Positions 47,584-57,035 of a DNA stretch of 64,000 bases are shown here, in pieces. The position numbers were made by a program, and so were the translations under genes. A model generated the notes under the pieces. That model was given only the letters and a program-made list of their open reading frames with translations, had not been told where the DNA came from and did no database searches. Location of the stretch: the NCBI GenBank assembly GCA_963817465.1, contig CAWFOP010000007.1:302856-366855 (forward strand). Reading direction: 5' to 3'. Positions within the stretch are counted from its first letter, which is position 1, and each line of letters begins with the position of its first letter. This DNA comes from an uncultured Acidobacteriota bacterium (GTDB lineage Bacteria; Acidobacteriota; Terriglobia; Bryobacterales; UBA6623).

Positions 47584-48194
47584 TCCCGAACCTTCAATCC
47601 GAACGAGGCCAGCTTTGAGCGGGTTGCCTTGTAATCCGTGTGAAGGATGCTGCGAATCCCCAAACCTTGCGCGACCTGGACGAACAGGGCGGTGTTTTCG
47701 ATATAGACCACCTGCCGGGCCGGCGTCTGAGCGAGGTCCAGCGCAAGCCGAAAGATGTCCGTGTCGGGTTTGCGCATCCGGACGAAGCAGGAGGAAACAA
47801 AACAATCCACAAACTTGTCGAGCTTGAACTTGCGAATCCGATACGCATTCAGCTCGCGCGCTTCATTGCTGACCACGACGATCTTGAGCCCGTGCCGGAC
47901 CTTGAGCTGAGCGCACATCTCGATCATCTCGGGGTAAGGTTTCGATTGCGCGAACAGGAACCGCTCGAACTGAGCCCTGGTAAACGGTCGCTTTTGGTTG
48001 AAGACCACGCGGCCCAGATATTCTTCCAGGGTGAGCTTTCCCTCCTCGTAGACGGCGAAGTTCAAGTGGTGCCGATCTTCCATCTCGGCCCACTCCAGCT
48101 TGAACTTCGTCGCCGCCCGTTTACGGGCGTGATGGTCCCAGCCGTTGGTGAGCAGTACGCCGCCTATATCCAGAAACAACGCTGTGATCGGCAT
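47580..48194 (-). CDS. HAD-superfamily hydrolase (subfamily IA-like)
   Basis: ALFLDIGGVLLTNGW (motif I variant DxG), VVSNEAR (motif II), ..RKPDTDIF.. (motif III region). Confidence 0.7.
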   Translation of the reverse strand: MPITALFLDIGGVLLTNGWDHHARKRAATKFKLEWAEMEDRHHLNFAVYEEGKLTLEEYLGRVVFNQKRPFTRAQFERFLFAQSKPYPEMIEMCAQLKVRHGLKIVVVSNEARELNAYRIRKFKLDKFVDCFVSSCFVRMRKPDTDIFRLALDLAQTPARQVVYIENTALFVQVAQGLGIRSILHTDYKATRSKLASFGLKVRE

Positions 48195-48406
48195 TGCTAG
48201 GCCGCCACTTCCTGCACCGGACGCAGGCAAGCAATGACGTCCTCACGGCTCATCATGCCGACCACCTGAGCGGTCGCCTATTATTCGGAGCCGGTTCACA
48301 TCCGGTCGGGTCAAAAGTGTTGTCATGTCGCAGTGTCTCTCCTTGCTAGCGGTGGCGGTGACCGCCGCCGCGGCGGACCAACGGGCCTTGGCCCTTGGAA
48401 GCCCAA

Positions 48407-50950
48407 TCAACGCTGCCACACGATTCGCGCGGTTTCCAGGGGGACGGCAACCCCGTCAAAGTGCGGTATCACGCGCGCTGTGTAGTCGGAAGCCGGACGA
48501 GTCGCGGGCGCCTGTGCGCGATAAGCGTAGCCGCCGTACGCCCCCGCGAGTTTATGGACGCGCTGCATCTCCCGCCGCTCTGGACCGCCGCCGTTAACGC
48601 CGTCGGCATAGAGCTCCACCCGCACCGCATTCGGGTCGAGACCGTCGAGATAGACCTGAACCTCGAAGACGTGCCGCTCGCCATTGGTCTCGACCGTGAG
48701 CTCGCCAAAGCGCACAGCAGGCCACTCCTTTTCCACGGCGTGCCGCCAATCGACCATTTGTCCGCCCTCCGCTGCTCCGGCCGCGCGCTTGCGGTACGTT
48801 TCCGCAGCCGGGAGGTAGTGCTGCTCGGTGTATTCGCGCACCGTGCGGTCGGCGGAGAAGCGGGGCGTCAATTGCGCCATGCTCTCGCGCATCCGCTGGA
48901 TCCATGCCGTGGGAATACCCTGCTCGTCGCGGGTGTAGAACTCGGGGATCACCTCCCGCTCGAGCAGGTTGTAGAGCGCGTCGGCCTCGGCCGCGTCCCA
49001 CTCAGGATCGTCGCCGTGCTCTTGGCCGTCCCCAAAGGCCCACCCGACTTCGGGCGTGTAGGCCTCCGCCCACCAGCCGTCTAACTCCGACAGGTTGAGG
49101 CCCCCGTTGACGAGCACCTTCATCCCGCTCGTCCCGCTGGCTTCCCAGGGCCGCCGCGGCGTGTTGATCCAGACGTCGACCCCTTGCACCAAGTGCTCGG
49201 TCAACAGCATGTCGTAGTCACTGAGAAAGATCGCATGCGGGCGCGTCTCGGGCCGCCGGATGAAATGCATCCATTCCTGAATCAGGGCCTGTCCAGCCTC
49301 GTCCGCCGGATGCGCCTTGCCCGCGATGATGAGCTGCACCGGCCGCTGGGGATTGCTCAACAGTCGAAGCAGTCGCTCAGGGTCGTGGAGCAGCAGGTTC
49401 GGTCTCTTATAGCTCGCGAAGCGGCGTGCAAAGCCCAGCGTCAGCGCGTTGGGATCAAACAGACGTTCAGCGGCTTCGGACACCTCGGGCGGCGCGCCGG
49501 CGGCGGTCAGGTCCAGCGACAATCGTTGGCGAGCGTACTCCACAAGCGACTCGCTGGCGTCGCTGCGAAGCTGCCATAGCCTGCCGTCGGAGACCCGGCG
49601 AATGTCCTGACCCAGAGTCTCCGTCGTCCCGAGCCAACGATCCTTTCCACTGCTTTGCGTCCAAAGATCGTCGGCCGGCGCCGAGTCCCAGGTGGGCATG
49701 TGGACTCCGTTGGTGACGTGTCCGATCGGGATTTCGTCCTCCGGCCAGTGCGGAAACAGAGGCAGAAAGAGGCGCCGGCTCACCTGCCCGTGCAAGCGGC
49801 TCACCCCGTTCACCGCCCCGCTCCCACGGATGGCCAGATGCGCCATGTTGAAAGGCTCGGAAGAGTCGGTCGGGTTCCGGCGGCCCAGGGCCAGCAAATC
49901 GTGGACGGCAATGCCGAGCTTCTCTTCGGCATACCCCCCAAGATATTGCTCGATGAGAGCGGGCGCAAAGCGGTCAAAACCGGCGGCCACCGCAGTGTGG
50001 GTCGTGAAGAGATTGCCCGCTCGCGTGATCGCCATGGCGACCTCGAAGGGCTGCTTTGTCTCGTCCATGAAAGTGCGGGCTCGCTCCAACACGGCGAACG
50101 CCGCATGTCCTTCATTCAGGTGACAGATTTCCGGCTCTATGCCGAGGGCGCGGAGCAGCCGCCATCCGCCGATCCCAAGGAGCAGCTCTTGCTTGAGACG
50201 CAGCTCCGGCCCGCCGCCATAGAGCTCGCTCGTAATCCCCCGATGAGCGGGGAAGTTCGCAGCGTCATTGCTGTCAAGCAGGTAGAGCTTCACCCGGCCG
50301 ACCCGGACCTGCCAGGCGCGCAGCCAGACCGAGTATCCAGGCAACTCGATCTCCAACCGCAGCCACTCTCCGTTCGGCTGGCGCAGCGGCGTGATCGGCA
50401 GTTGTCCGGGATCGTTGTAGGGGAAGAGCGCCTGCTGCGCGCCCTTCTTGTCGATTACCTGGCGGAAGTAGCCCTGTTGATAGAGCAGTCCCACGCCGAC
50501 CACCGGCACACCCAGATCGCTCGCGGCCTTGAGTTGATCGCCGGCGACGTTGCCAAGCCCGCCCGAGTAGATGGGCAGCGCTTCACTCAACATGAACTCC
50601 ATGCTGAAGTAAGCGGCGCAGGTTAGGGCCGTCCCCTGATGGCTCTTCTGAAACCAAGCGGGCGCCGCGGCGGCTTGCCGGCTGGCTTCGATTAGCCCAT
50701 CCACCTTCTTGCGGAAGACAGGGTCGGCCAACACGCTCTCGATGCGGTTCCGCGAGACCGTCTGCAGGACGACCCAAGGGTTGTGCGTGATTGACCACAA
50801 TTCGGGATCGAGCTTCCGCCACACCTCGTCGGTCGCATGATTCCAGGACCAGCGCATGTCGAGGGCAAGTTCCGCCAGGGAATCGAAGCCGTCGATTTCG
50901 GTCGGTAGAAGGTTGTAGATCGGGTGGCTGACGCGCGTCGGTTTGCTCAT
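48407..50950 (-). CDS. glgP: alpha-glucan (glycogen/maltodextrin) phosphorylase, GlgP family with DUF3417-type N-terminus
   Basis: LAELALDMRWSWNHATDEVW.., YFSMEFML..PIYSGGLGNVAGD, EASGTSGMKVLVNGG (PLP-Lys region). Start taken at MSKPT (ATG 50950). Confidence 0.85.
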   Translation of the reverse strand: MSKPTRVSHPIYNLLPTEIDGFDSLAELALDMRWSWNHATDEVWRKLDPELWSITHNPWVVLQTVSRNRIESVLADPVFRKKVDGLIEASRQAAAAPAWFQKSHQGTALTCAAYFSMEFMLSEALPIYSGGLGNVAGDQLKAASDLGVPVVGVGLLYQQGYFRQVIDKKGAQQALFPYNDPGQLPITPLRQPNGEWLRLEIELPGYSVWLRAWQVRVGRVKLYLLDSNDAANFPAHRGITSELYGGGPELRLKQELLLGIGGWRLLRALGIEPEICHLNEGHAAFAVLERARTFMDETKQPFEVAMAITRAGNLFTTHTAVAAGFDRFAPALIEQYLGGYAEEKLGIAVHDLLALGRRNPTDSSEPFNMAHLAIRGSGAVNGVSRLHGQVSRRLFLPLFPHWPEDEIPIGHVTNGVHMPTWDSAPADDLWTQSSGKDRWLGTTETLGQDIRRVSDGRLWQLRSDASESLVEYARQRLSLDLTAAGAPPEVSEAAERLFDPNALTLGFARRFASYKRPNLLLHDPERLLRLLSNPQRPVQLIIAGKAHPADEAGQALIQEWMHFIRRPETRPHAIFLSDYDMLLTEHLVQGVDVWINTPRRPWEASGTSGMKVLVNGGLNLSELDGWWAEAYTPEVGWAFGDGQEHGDDPEWDAAEADALYNLLEREVIPEFYTRDEQGIPTAWIQRMRESMAQLTPRFSADRTVREYTEQHYLPAAETYRKRAAGAAEGGQMVDWRHAVEKEWPAVRFGELTVETNGERHVFEVQVYLDGLDPNAVRVELYADGVNGGGPERREMQRVHKLAGAYGGYAYRAQAPATRPASDYTARVIPHFDGVAVPLETARIVWQR

Positions 50951-51099
50951 GTTTTCACACGCCTGGTTTTCCAGCCGGTGTCGCCGGAGAAGGAATGCAC
51001 GCGCCGTGCCAAACCGCGGAACCGGCAATCCGGGGCGCGGGAAGCGTGCGGCCGCTCGACTGGTAGACTGAAGGGTCCCGGCGAATCCGTTTTTGAGCA

Positions 51100-51972
51100 A
51101 TGTCCTCCAATGCCCCTAACTCCAGGCAAGCCCGGCCTGGTGATCATGATCACGGTCGCCTCGAACGTATCGAGAAGATTTTGTCCGAGGCCGGCGGCGT
51201 CTCCCGGCGCCGCGCCGCGGAACTGATTCGCGCGCAGCAAGTGACGATCAACGGCGAAGCGGCTGCGCTCGGCGCGAAGGTCAATCTCGACTCCGACAGC
51301 ATCCGCATCGATGGCGTCCGTATCGCGGCCCCTATCAAGGACTATCACTATATTTTGCTCAACAAGCCTGCGGGATACGTCACGACCCGCTCGGACCCGG
51401 AGAAGCGCTCCACGGTCATGGATTTGATTCCGGCGCGCATGCGAAGAAAAGTCGTTCCCGTGGGTCGCCTCGACTATCACACCGAAGGTCTCCTGCTGCT
51501 GAGCGACGATGGCGACTTCAGCCAGCACGTGATGCATCCCAGGTACGGCTGCAAGAAAACCTATGAGGTCAAGGTCAAAGGCGTCCCCGCCGAGGCGGCG
51601 ATCGTGAAGCTGGCCCGGGGGATCACCCTATTCGGAAAACGGACGAGGCCGGTTTCGATCTCCGCAATGAAGGCGCCGCGAGGGCCTCGCAAGATTCTCA
51701 ACAATTCCTGGTGGTCCGTCATTCTGACGGAAGGGCGAACGCGGCAAATCCGGGAGATGTTTTTTCGCATCGGTCATCCGGTCATGCGTCTCCGAAGAGT
51801 GGCGATTGGGAGTCTGAAGGACCGTCGTCTTCCGTCCGGCGCTTGGCGTGACCTGACTGAGCACGAAATCCGATCGCTGCTTCAAATAGGAGACGCCGCC
51901 GAAGATCGCGCTCGTCCAGCCCCGGCTCGGCCCAGGACGTTGAAGGCGGGACGGACGAGCCGGAGCCGCTAG
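51100..51972 (+). CDS. rluB: 23S rRNA pseudouridine synthase (RsuA/RluB family)
   Basis: S4 domain (RIEKILSEAGGVSRRRAAELI), catalytic PVGRLDYHTEGLLLLSDDG, and an Arg-rich tail. Confidence 0.85.
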   Translation: MSSNAPNSRQARPGDHDHGRLERIEKILSEAGGVSRRRAAELIRAQQVTINGEAAALGAKVNLDSDSIRIDGVRIAAPIKDYHYILLNKPAGYVTTRSDPEKRSTVMDLIPARMRRKVVPVGRLDYHTEGLLLLSDDGDFSQHVMHPRYGCKKTYEVKVKGVPAEAAIVKLARGITLFGKRTRPVSISAMKAPRGPRKILNNSWWSVILTEGRTRQIREMFFRIGHPVMRLRRVAIGSLKDRRLPSGAWRDLTEHEIRSLLQIGDAAEDRARPAPARPRTLKAGRTSRSR

Positions 51973-52012
51973 CGGTCCCGATCCGGCGAGGGTTGAAGGC
52001 TCACTGCCGCCG

Positions 52013-52249
52013 ATGGCGCCGGTCATCCGGCTAGCCCGCCAATTGAACCCGCAGCTCAAGACGCTCGGTATTGTCTGGAACCCCGCCGAGTCGAACTTCG
52101 AGATCTTTACGGTCGAAGCCCGGCGCGTCAGCAAAGGGTTGGGCATTGAGCTGCTCGAGGCTACGGTCCACAACTCGGCCGGCGTGTTCGAGGCCGCGAT
52201 TTCGCTGGCGGCGCGCGGCGCCGAGCCGTTGTTGATGAGCGGGCGTTAG
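52013..52249 (+). pseudogene. fragment (~78 aa) of an ABC-transporter substrate-binding protein (ABC_sub_bind/DUF534-like)
   Basis: LNPQLKTLGIVWNPAESNFEIFTVEARRVSKGLGIELLEATVHNSAGVFEAAISLAARGAE matches only the middle part of ~320-aa proteins. There is no signal peptide and no C-terminal half. Confidence 0.4.
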
Positions 52250-52395
52250 GTACGAAATCTACGACGAGACGTCCGCCCGATCGTGACGCGGCGGCATGGC
52301 GAAAAACTCGGCAACCTGCGCCCGTGGTAGCCGCTTCCACCGGATTTTCTCGTCTCCTTGTGTCGCCGGGCGGCGCGGATCGGCGATCATAAGCT

Positions 52396-52572
52396 ATGGA
52401 CATCAATAGGATCCTCGACGAGCTTCGTGCGGAGTTGGAAGCGATCGACAACTCCATCGCGGCTCTCGAGAGTCTGGCTGTCGACAAAGGCGGCAAGAAG
52501 CGCGGCCGACCGCCCGGTTGGCTCGTCGACGCCCGCAAGCGCAAGGCCCAAGAGCCCAAGGCGACGTCCTAG
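52396..52572 (+). CDS. 58-aa small protein with coiled-coil N-half and RGRPPGW (AT-hook-like) basic tail (hypothetical)
   Basis: MDINRILDELRAELEAIDNSIAALESLAVDKGGKKRGRPPGWLVDARKRKAQEPKATS. GC-rich third positions. Below the ORF-track cutoff. Confidence 0.35.
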   Translation: MDINRILDELRAELEAIDNSIAALESLAVDKGGKKRGRPPGWLVDARKRKAQEPKATS

Positions 52573-52684
52573 CCGCCGAAAGCCGCGCGCCCGCTCGTCC
52601 CCGACGAGAATTGCTTCTGGCGGGAAGGCGCTCGAGAAAAGCGTCGCCGGCTCGATTGTTCCCGCGTAAATCAGCCGTAGCGCG

Positions 52685-53890
52685 CTACTGGAACGCCGCC
52701 GTCACGACGTTGGCGTCCTTGCCGTCGATCATGACCTCGATGTCGACCTCGCCGCCGCCGATGAGCGAACGCGGCAGCGGACCCACGTTCAACTGGTCGA
52801 GGCCCGCGAACTGCATCTGGTCCACGGGACCGCTGTAGGGCGCCTCGATTCCGTTGACCTTCACCGAAACGTTTCCCATGTGATTGCGCATGCCGGTGCA
52901 GTACAGAAATATGTAAAGCTGCGAGCCCTCCGGCCCCATGTCGAGGGGAATCGGAGCCAGCGAGCCGTCGAAGATCACGCCGTCGGTGCGCGAGCCGTCG
53001 GGATTCACGCGTAAGAAAACGGCAGCGGCCACGCCCTCGCCGTTGCTCGCGGCCGAGAAAATGCCCGGAGACACGGCCGCTATTTCGACCGTGTCTTCGG
53101 CCACGATTTGGTTGTCGCGCTTCACCGTCACAACCGCTTCGCCAAACGCGACGCCCGCCGGGATCAAGTAGTTGATTTGCTTCGGACTGACGACGTAGAT
53201 CCGCGCCGCGTGCATCTCGCCCGCGCTGTCGGTGATCGTCACCGTGACGCCTCCAAGCGTCGTCGGAAGATCGTAGCCCACTTCGGTGGCGGCGGCGAGG
53301 TTCGAGCCGAATGCCGCGACGAACGCTTCCGGCGCCAGCCCATGCTTTGCGAAATAGCTCGCGCCGTTCAGATGCGTGATCGTCGCCCCGCCAACCCGCG
53401 CCAGCGGCGTCGCAATGCCTCCGCTCTGCAGGACCCCGCGCATAGCGCCTGTGTCGTCGTCGATGTTTGTGTAGGCGCCGGCCCAGCGGGGCGGCTCGTC
53501 GCCCGGAAAGGTTTGGTCGATCAGGATGCTCCCTTTGTCGGAGAGGTCGTAATCGCGATAGAGCCCGATGAGGGTTTCGCCGTTGGTGCAGGCGTAGACC
53601 TCGCCGCGTTTCTGGTAGTCATAATCGCCCCCATAAAACTCGCGCTTTTCTCCGGCCGCGGGGCACAGCTTCTCGACCGCGCCTTCGCCCCCGAACTCGT
53701 TCATCTTCGGAATCGCTTCGGCCTCATCAACCTGCATGAAATTGATGGGACCGATGATCGTCGACCCAAAGAAATCCGGGAACGACGCCCCCCAACTCCC
53801 GTTGAACGCGCCGTCGACGAAGACGCTGTCCGCGGCCAAGGCGGGCGCGGCGAATACTAAGACCAGCGCGCCAAATCGGCGAAATAACAT
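52685..53890 (-). CDS. secreted protein with Solibacter-type uncharacterized C-terminal domain (TIGR03437-like)
   Basis: Signal peptide MLFRRFGALVLVFAAPALA. C-terminal half: ..LGGVTVTITDSAGEMHAARIYVVSPKQINYLIPAGVAFGEAVVTV..AAVSPGIFSA..GLDQLNVGPLPRSL. Confidence 0.6.
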   Translation of the reverse strand: MLFRRFGALVLVFAAPALAADSVFVDGAFNGSWGASFPDFFGSTIIGPINFMQVDEAEAIPKMNEFGGEGAVEKLCPAAGEKREFYGGDYDYQKRGEVYACTNGETLIGLYRDYDLSDKGSILIDQTFPGDEPPRWAGAYTNIDDDTGAMRGVLQSGGIATPLARVGGATITHLNGASYFAKHGLAPEAFVAAFGSNLAAATEVGYDLPTTLGGVTVTITDSAGEMHAARIYVVSPKQINYLIPAGVAFGEAVVTVKRDNQIVAEDTVEIAAVSPGIFSAASNGEGVAAAVFLRVNPDGSRTDGVIFDGSLAPIPLDMGPEGSQLYIFLYCTGMRNHMGNVSVKVNGIEAPYSGPVDQMQFAGLDQLNVGPLPRSLIGGGEVDIEVMIDGKDANVVTAAFQ

Positions 53891-54028
53891 CTGATTACCT
53901 CCTGGGCAGCCGGCGGCGAATCGGTTCGTCCGCTGGGGTGGGCAGGGTAACACGCACGACGACCGCGGGCTAAGCCGGCGGGAGCTTTGGGCCGAAAGCG
54001 AGGTCGCCCGGGAGTTGGAAGCGGTCGT

Positions 54029-54733
54029 CTACCAGGAGGGGTAGCGCACGGGACGATAGCGCGCCTTGCGCGGCACGGAAAGAAAAATCAGAGCGCCCGC
54101 CACGAAGCCCCCGACGTGGGCCCACCACGCAACTCCGCCGGCCTCGCCGCCGAACGAGGCGGCGCCCGAGAAGAACTGGATGGCGAACCAATAGATCAGG
54201 ATCACCGCCGCCGGCAGCTCAACGGTCGTGATGAAGATGAACAAGAAGATGAGCGTCGTGATGCGCGCGTGGGGGAAGCGAATCAGGTAGGCCCCCATCA
54301 CACCGGAGATCGCGCCGCTGGCGCCGATCGAAGGGATCGTCGACGAGGGGTCGCTGAGGTATTGGCCGAACGAAGCCGCCAGGCCGCAGACCAGATAAAA
54401 CGCCAGGTAACCCCCGTGCCCGAGCTCGTCTTCCACGTTGTCGCCGAAGATCCACAGGAACCACATGTTCCCGATCAAGTGCAGGAAGCCCCCGTGGAGG
54501 AACATCGACGTGAACACGGGAACAAATGCCGGCACGAGGGGATAATCGCCTCCCAAGGCGGCGGTAATCTTGGCCGGCACGGAACCGAAGCTCATCACGA
54601 ACATCTCGGCGTCGTTCGGTCCCGCCGAGAGCAGGCTGAATTGGTACAGAAAGACGACCGTGTTGACGGCGATGAGGCCGTAGGTGACGTAGGGGGCCCC
54701 GGCGGTCGGGTTGTGATCTCGGAGCGGAATCAT
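54029..54733 (-). CDS. rhomboid-family intramembrane serine protease
   Basis: FLHGGFLHLIGNMWFLWIFG (the H..N pair), the catalytic Ser in GASGAISGVMGAY, and a later HVGGF. Confidence 0.85.
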   Translation of the reverse strand: MIPLRDHNPTAGAPYVTYGLIAVNTVVFLYQFSLLSAGPNDAEMFVMSFGSVPAKITAALGGDYPLVPAFVPVFTSMFLHGGFLHLIGNMWFLWIFGDNVEDELGHGGYLAFYLVCGLAASFGQYLSDPSSTIPSIGASGAISGVMGAYLIRFPHARITTLIFLFIFITTVELPAAVILIYWFAIQFFSGAASFGGEAGGVAWWAHVGGFVAGALIFLSVPRKARYRPVRYPSW

Positions 54734-54771
54734 CTCGCGATCGCAGCCCCGCGCGGGCTGCTCAGGTCATC

Positions 54772-55722
54772 CTAACGTCGATCGACTCTGCGGGAAAACT
54801 CGGCGTGCGCGCGCCGCTCCCCGTCGGCGACGAGCGCCTCGGCTTCGTCGCGAGTGCGAATGCCGCCGCGAGCGCCGAGCGCCTTGCAGTTGAGCGCCGC
54901 CATCGCATTCGAGAAATCGAGGATGCGGCCGATTGGCCAGCCCGCCAGCACGCCGAAGCAAAAGCCCCCGTGAAAGACGTCTCCGGCGCCGGTGGTGTCA
55001 ATCGTATTGACGACAAAAGCGGGCGAATAATGGAAGCGACCTTCCTCGAGCGCGAGGCAGCCGTGCGCGCCTAGGGTCATCGCCGCGACCCGCATGCCGT
55101 ATTCGCGCTGGATCAGCTCGAGCGCCTTGAAGGGATCGCGCTCGTTGGTCCACTGCTCGGGGAAGTTTGTGCTGGCGATCAGATAATCGACGTACGGCAG
55201 CACGCGATCGAAGCCGTGATAGATCGTGTCGACGTCGACGGTGACCGGGATGCCGTGCTCGCGAGCGATGCGAGCGGCGCGCTCGACGGCCGGAGTGTCG
55301 TGTCCGTCGATGTGCAGCAGTCGGGAACCGACGATCTGCTCGGGCGTGATGGATTCGGGGTCGAGGCGCAAGCACTCGTCGCGACGCCAAAAGACAGTGC
55401 GCTCGCCGGTGGAGCGGTCGATCACGATGTAGGCGGATTGATTGGCGCAGCCTTCGCGGACCTGGACATGCGTCGTATCCACGCCGGCTTCTTCGAGGCT
55501 TTCGAGTTGAATGCGCCCGCGAAAGTCGTCCCCGACAGTCCCGACGTACTTGGCCTTGAGGCCAAGCTTTTGACAGGCGACGACGGCGCTGGCGACTTGC
55601 CCGCCGACGCTGATCATCTCTTCTTGAAAAGGCTCTTTGCCGGCGTAAGACGGAAAGCGCGGCACAACAATCAAGGTGTCGGTGGCGTTGAGGCCGACGC
55701 CCACAACATCGAACGCGGACAT
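54772..55722 (-). CDS. PfkB-family carbohydrate kinase
   Basis: VGVGLNATD..GGQVASAVVA.. and the C-terminal DTTGAGDVFHGGF signature. Confidence 0.85.
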   Translation of the reverse strand: MSAFDVVGVGLNATDTLIVVPRFPSYAGKEPFQEEMISVGGQVASAVVACQKLGLKAKYVGTVGDDFRGRIQLESLEEAGVDTTHVQVREGCANQSAYIVIDRSTGERTVFWRRDECLRLDPESITPEQIVGSRLLHIDGHDTPAVERAARIAREHGIPVTVDVDTIYHGFDRVLPYVDYLIASTNFPEQWTNERDPFKALELIQREYGMRVAAMTLGAHGCLALEEGRFHYSPAFVVNTIDTTGAGDVFHGGFCFGVLAGWPIGRILDFSNAMAALNCKALGARGGIRTRDEAEALVADGERRAHAEFSRRVDRR

Positions 55723-55767
55723 AAGCGGCCAGTGTAACGGAAACCTCCCAGGGCAAGGGAGCGTAGA

Positions 55768-56598
55768 ATGAGCGGCATGGGGAGAATTGCGATCTTGGCC
55801 TTCGCCGCAGCCGCGACGCTCTGCGCGCAGATTACGGTGCGGTCGGGGCAGACGATTCGAAGCACCGGCGCCGCGCTTCCTTCGACCGGCGTTTCATCGA
55901 CACCGACGGCGGCGCCGCCGGCGGTGACCGGGACGCGGTCCGACGCGCGCATGGGCGCGGGCGGCGCCGGGATGCGAACCGGAAACATCGTTTATCCCGG
56001 AACTCCCAACGGCGGCCGGCCGGGGTCGATCACGTCTCCGGGCCTGCCGAATCCGCCGAGCCGGCCGACTTCCATCTTGACCCCCGGCACGCCTCCCCCG
56101 CCGAGCGTGCAGCAACCGCCGCCGGCTTCGCTGCGGAGCGACGGAGGCGGCGTGCGCGGGCGCGGACGGCATCGCGACCGGCTGTCGCCGAACCAGGCTG
56201 GGTACGTGCCGACTTACTGGCCGGTATACGGCTACGTCTATGAGTACGGCGGCCCGAGCGTGGTGGAAGTGCAGCCGGAGGTCGCGACGGATTCTCAGAC
56301 GACTTACACCGTCGACGACGGTGCAGCGGAGCCGCCGGTGGGGACTCGGATCGAAGGGCGATCGAAAGTCTACGAAGTGCGCGAACAGGACAAGCCGGCT
56401 GAGGCGCAAGGCGACTACTGGCTGATCGCACTCAAGGGCGGGCTGATCTACGCGGCCGAGCGGTTTTGGATGCAGAACGAGACGTTCCGCTTCAAGACCA
56501 TGGCCGGCAAAGAGTTCATCGTTTCACCGGTCGAGGTGGACGTGGAGTTCACCCAGGAATTGAACGGGGACCGCGGCCGCGAATTCCAGATGCCGTAA
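55768..56598 (+). CDS. secreted Pro-rich hypothetical protein
   Basis: Signal peptide, then a long P/G/T-rich low-complexity region, then a C-terminal block DYWLIALKGGLIYAAERFWMQNETFRFKT.. seen in acidobacterial hypotheticals (from memory). Confidence 0.55.
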   Translation: MSGMGRIAILAFAAAATLCAQITVRSGQTIRSTGAALPSTGVSSTPTAAPPAVTGTRSDARMGAGGAGMRTGNIVYPGTPNGGRPGSITSPGLPNPPSRPTSILTPGTPPPPSVQQPPPASLRSDGGGVRGRGRHRDRLSPNQAGYVPTYWPVYGYVYEYGGPSVVEVQPEVATDSQTTYTVDDGAAEPPVGTRIEGRSKVYEVREQDKPAEAQGDYWLIALKGGLIYAAERFWMQNETFRFKTMAGKEFIVSPVEVDVEFTQELNGDRGREFQMP

Positions 56599-56915
56599 GA
56601 ATTGGTTCGCAGGTTTCGCTCGACCCGAGTCGCTCAGCGCTCCGAGTGTTCAGCGATAAAAGAATTCTTTTGCGTTGAATCCAAAAACCTTAAGCGACGG
56701 TAAGCACTTCTTCGCTTGGTCGCCCCTGTCAAACTGGAGTCGTAAGAGTCCGTTGCCGGCGGGGCGCGCCGGCGGCGGAACACCTCGAGGTTCAAGCCAT
56801 CCGCCCTGGGTTGTCGCTCATCCCCTGAAAGCGACCGTTTCGCAAAGGAACCGGTTCCTGACTTGCTGCTCCCAAACCGCGACGTGACCGCGGATTTGGC
56901 CTTCAAGCGCAGCGT

Positions 56916-56962
56916 CGAACGGCCCTCGGCAGTATGCGAGGGCCGTTCGGCGTTGTTTTCTC
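56916..56962 (+). terminator. strong intrinsic terminator (13-bp perfect stem, T-rich tail)
   Basis: CGAACGGCCCTCG-gcagtatg-CGAGGGCCGTTCG followed by gcgttgttttctc. It lies 318 nt after the nearest upstream + strand stop. Confidence 0.6.
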
Positions 56963-57035
56963 ATCCACGCAAAGCCGTCGTGCGTCTCGAAGTGAGCCTC
57001 GCCGCCGGGCGGCCCTTCGACGGCGTCCTAAAAGC

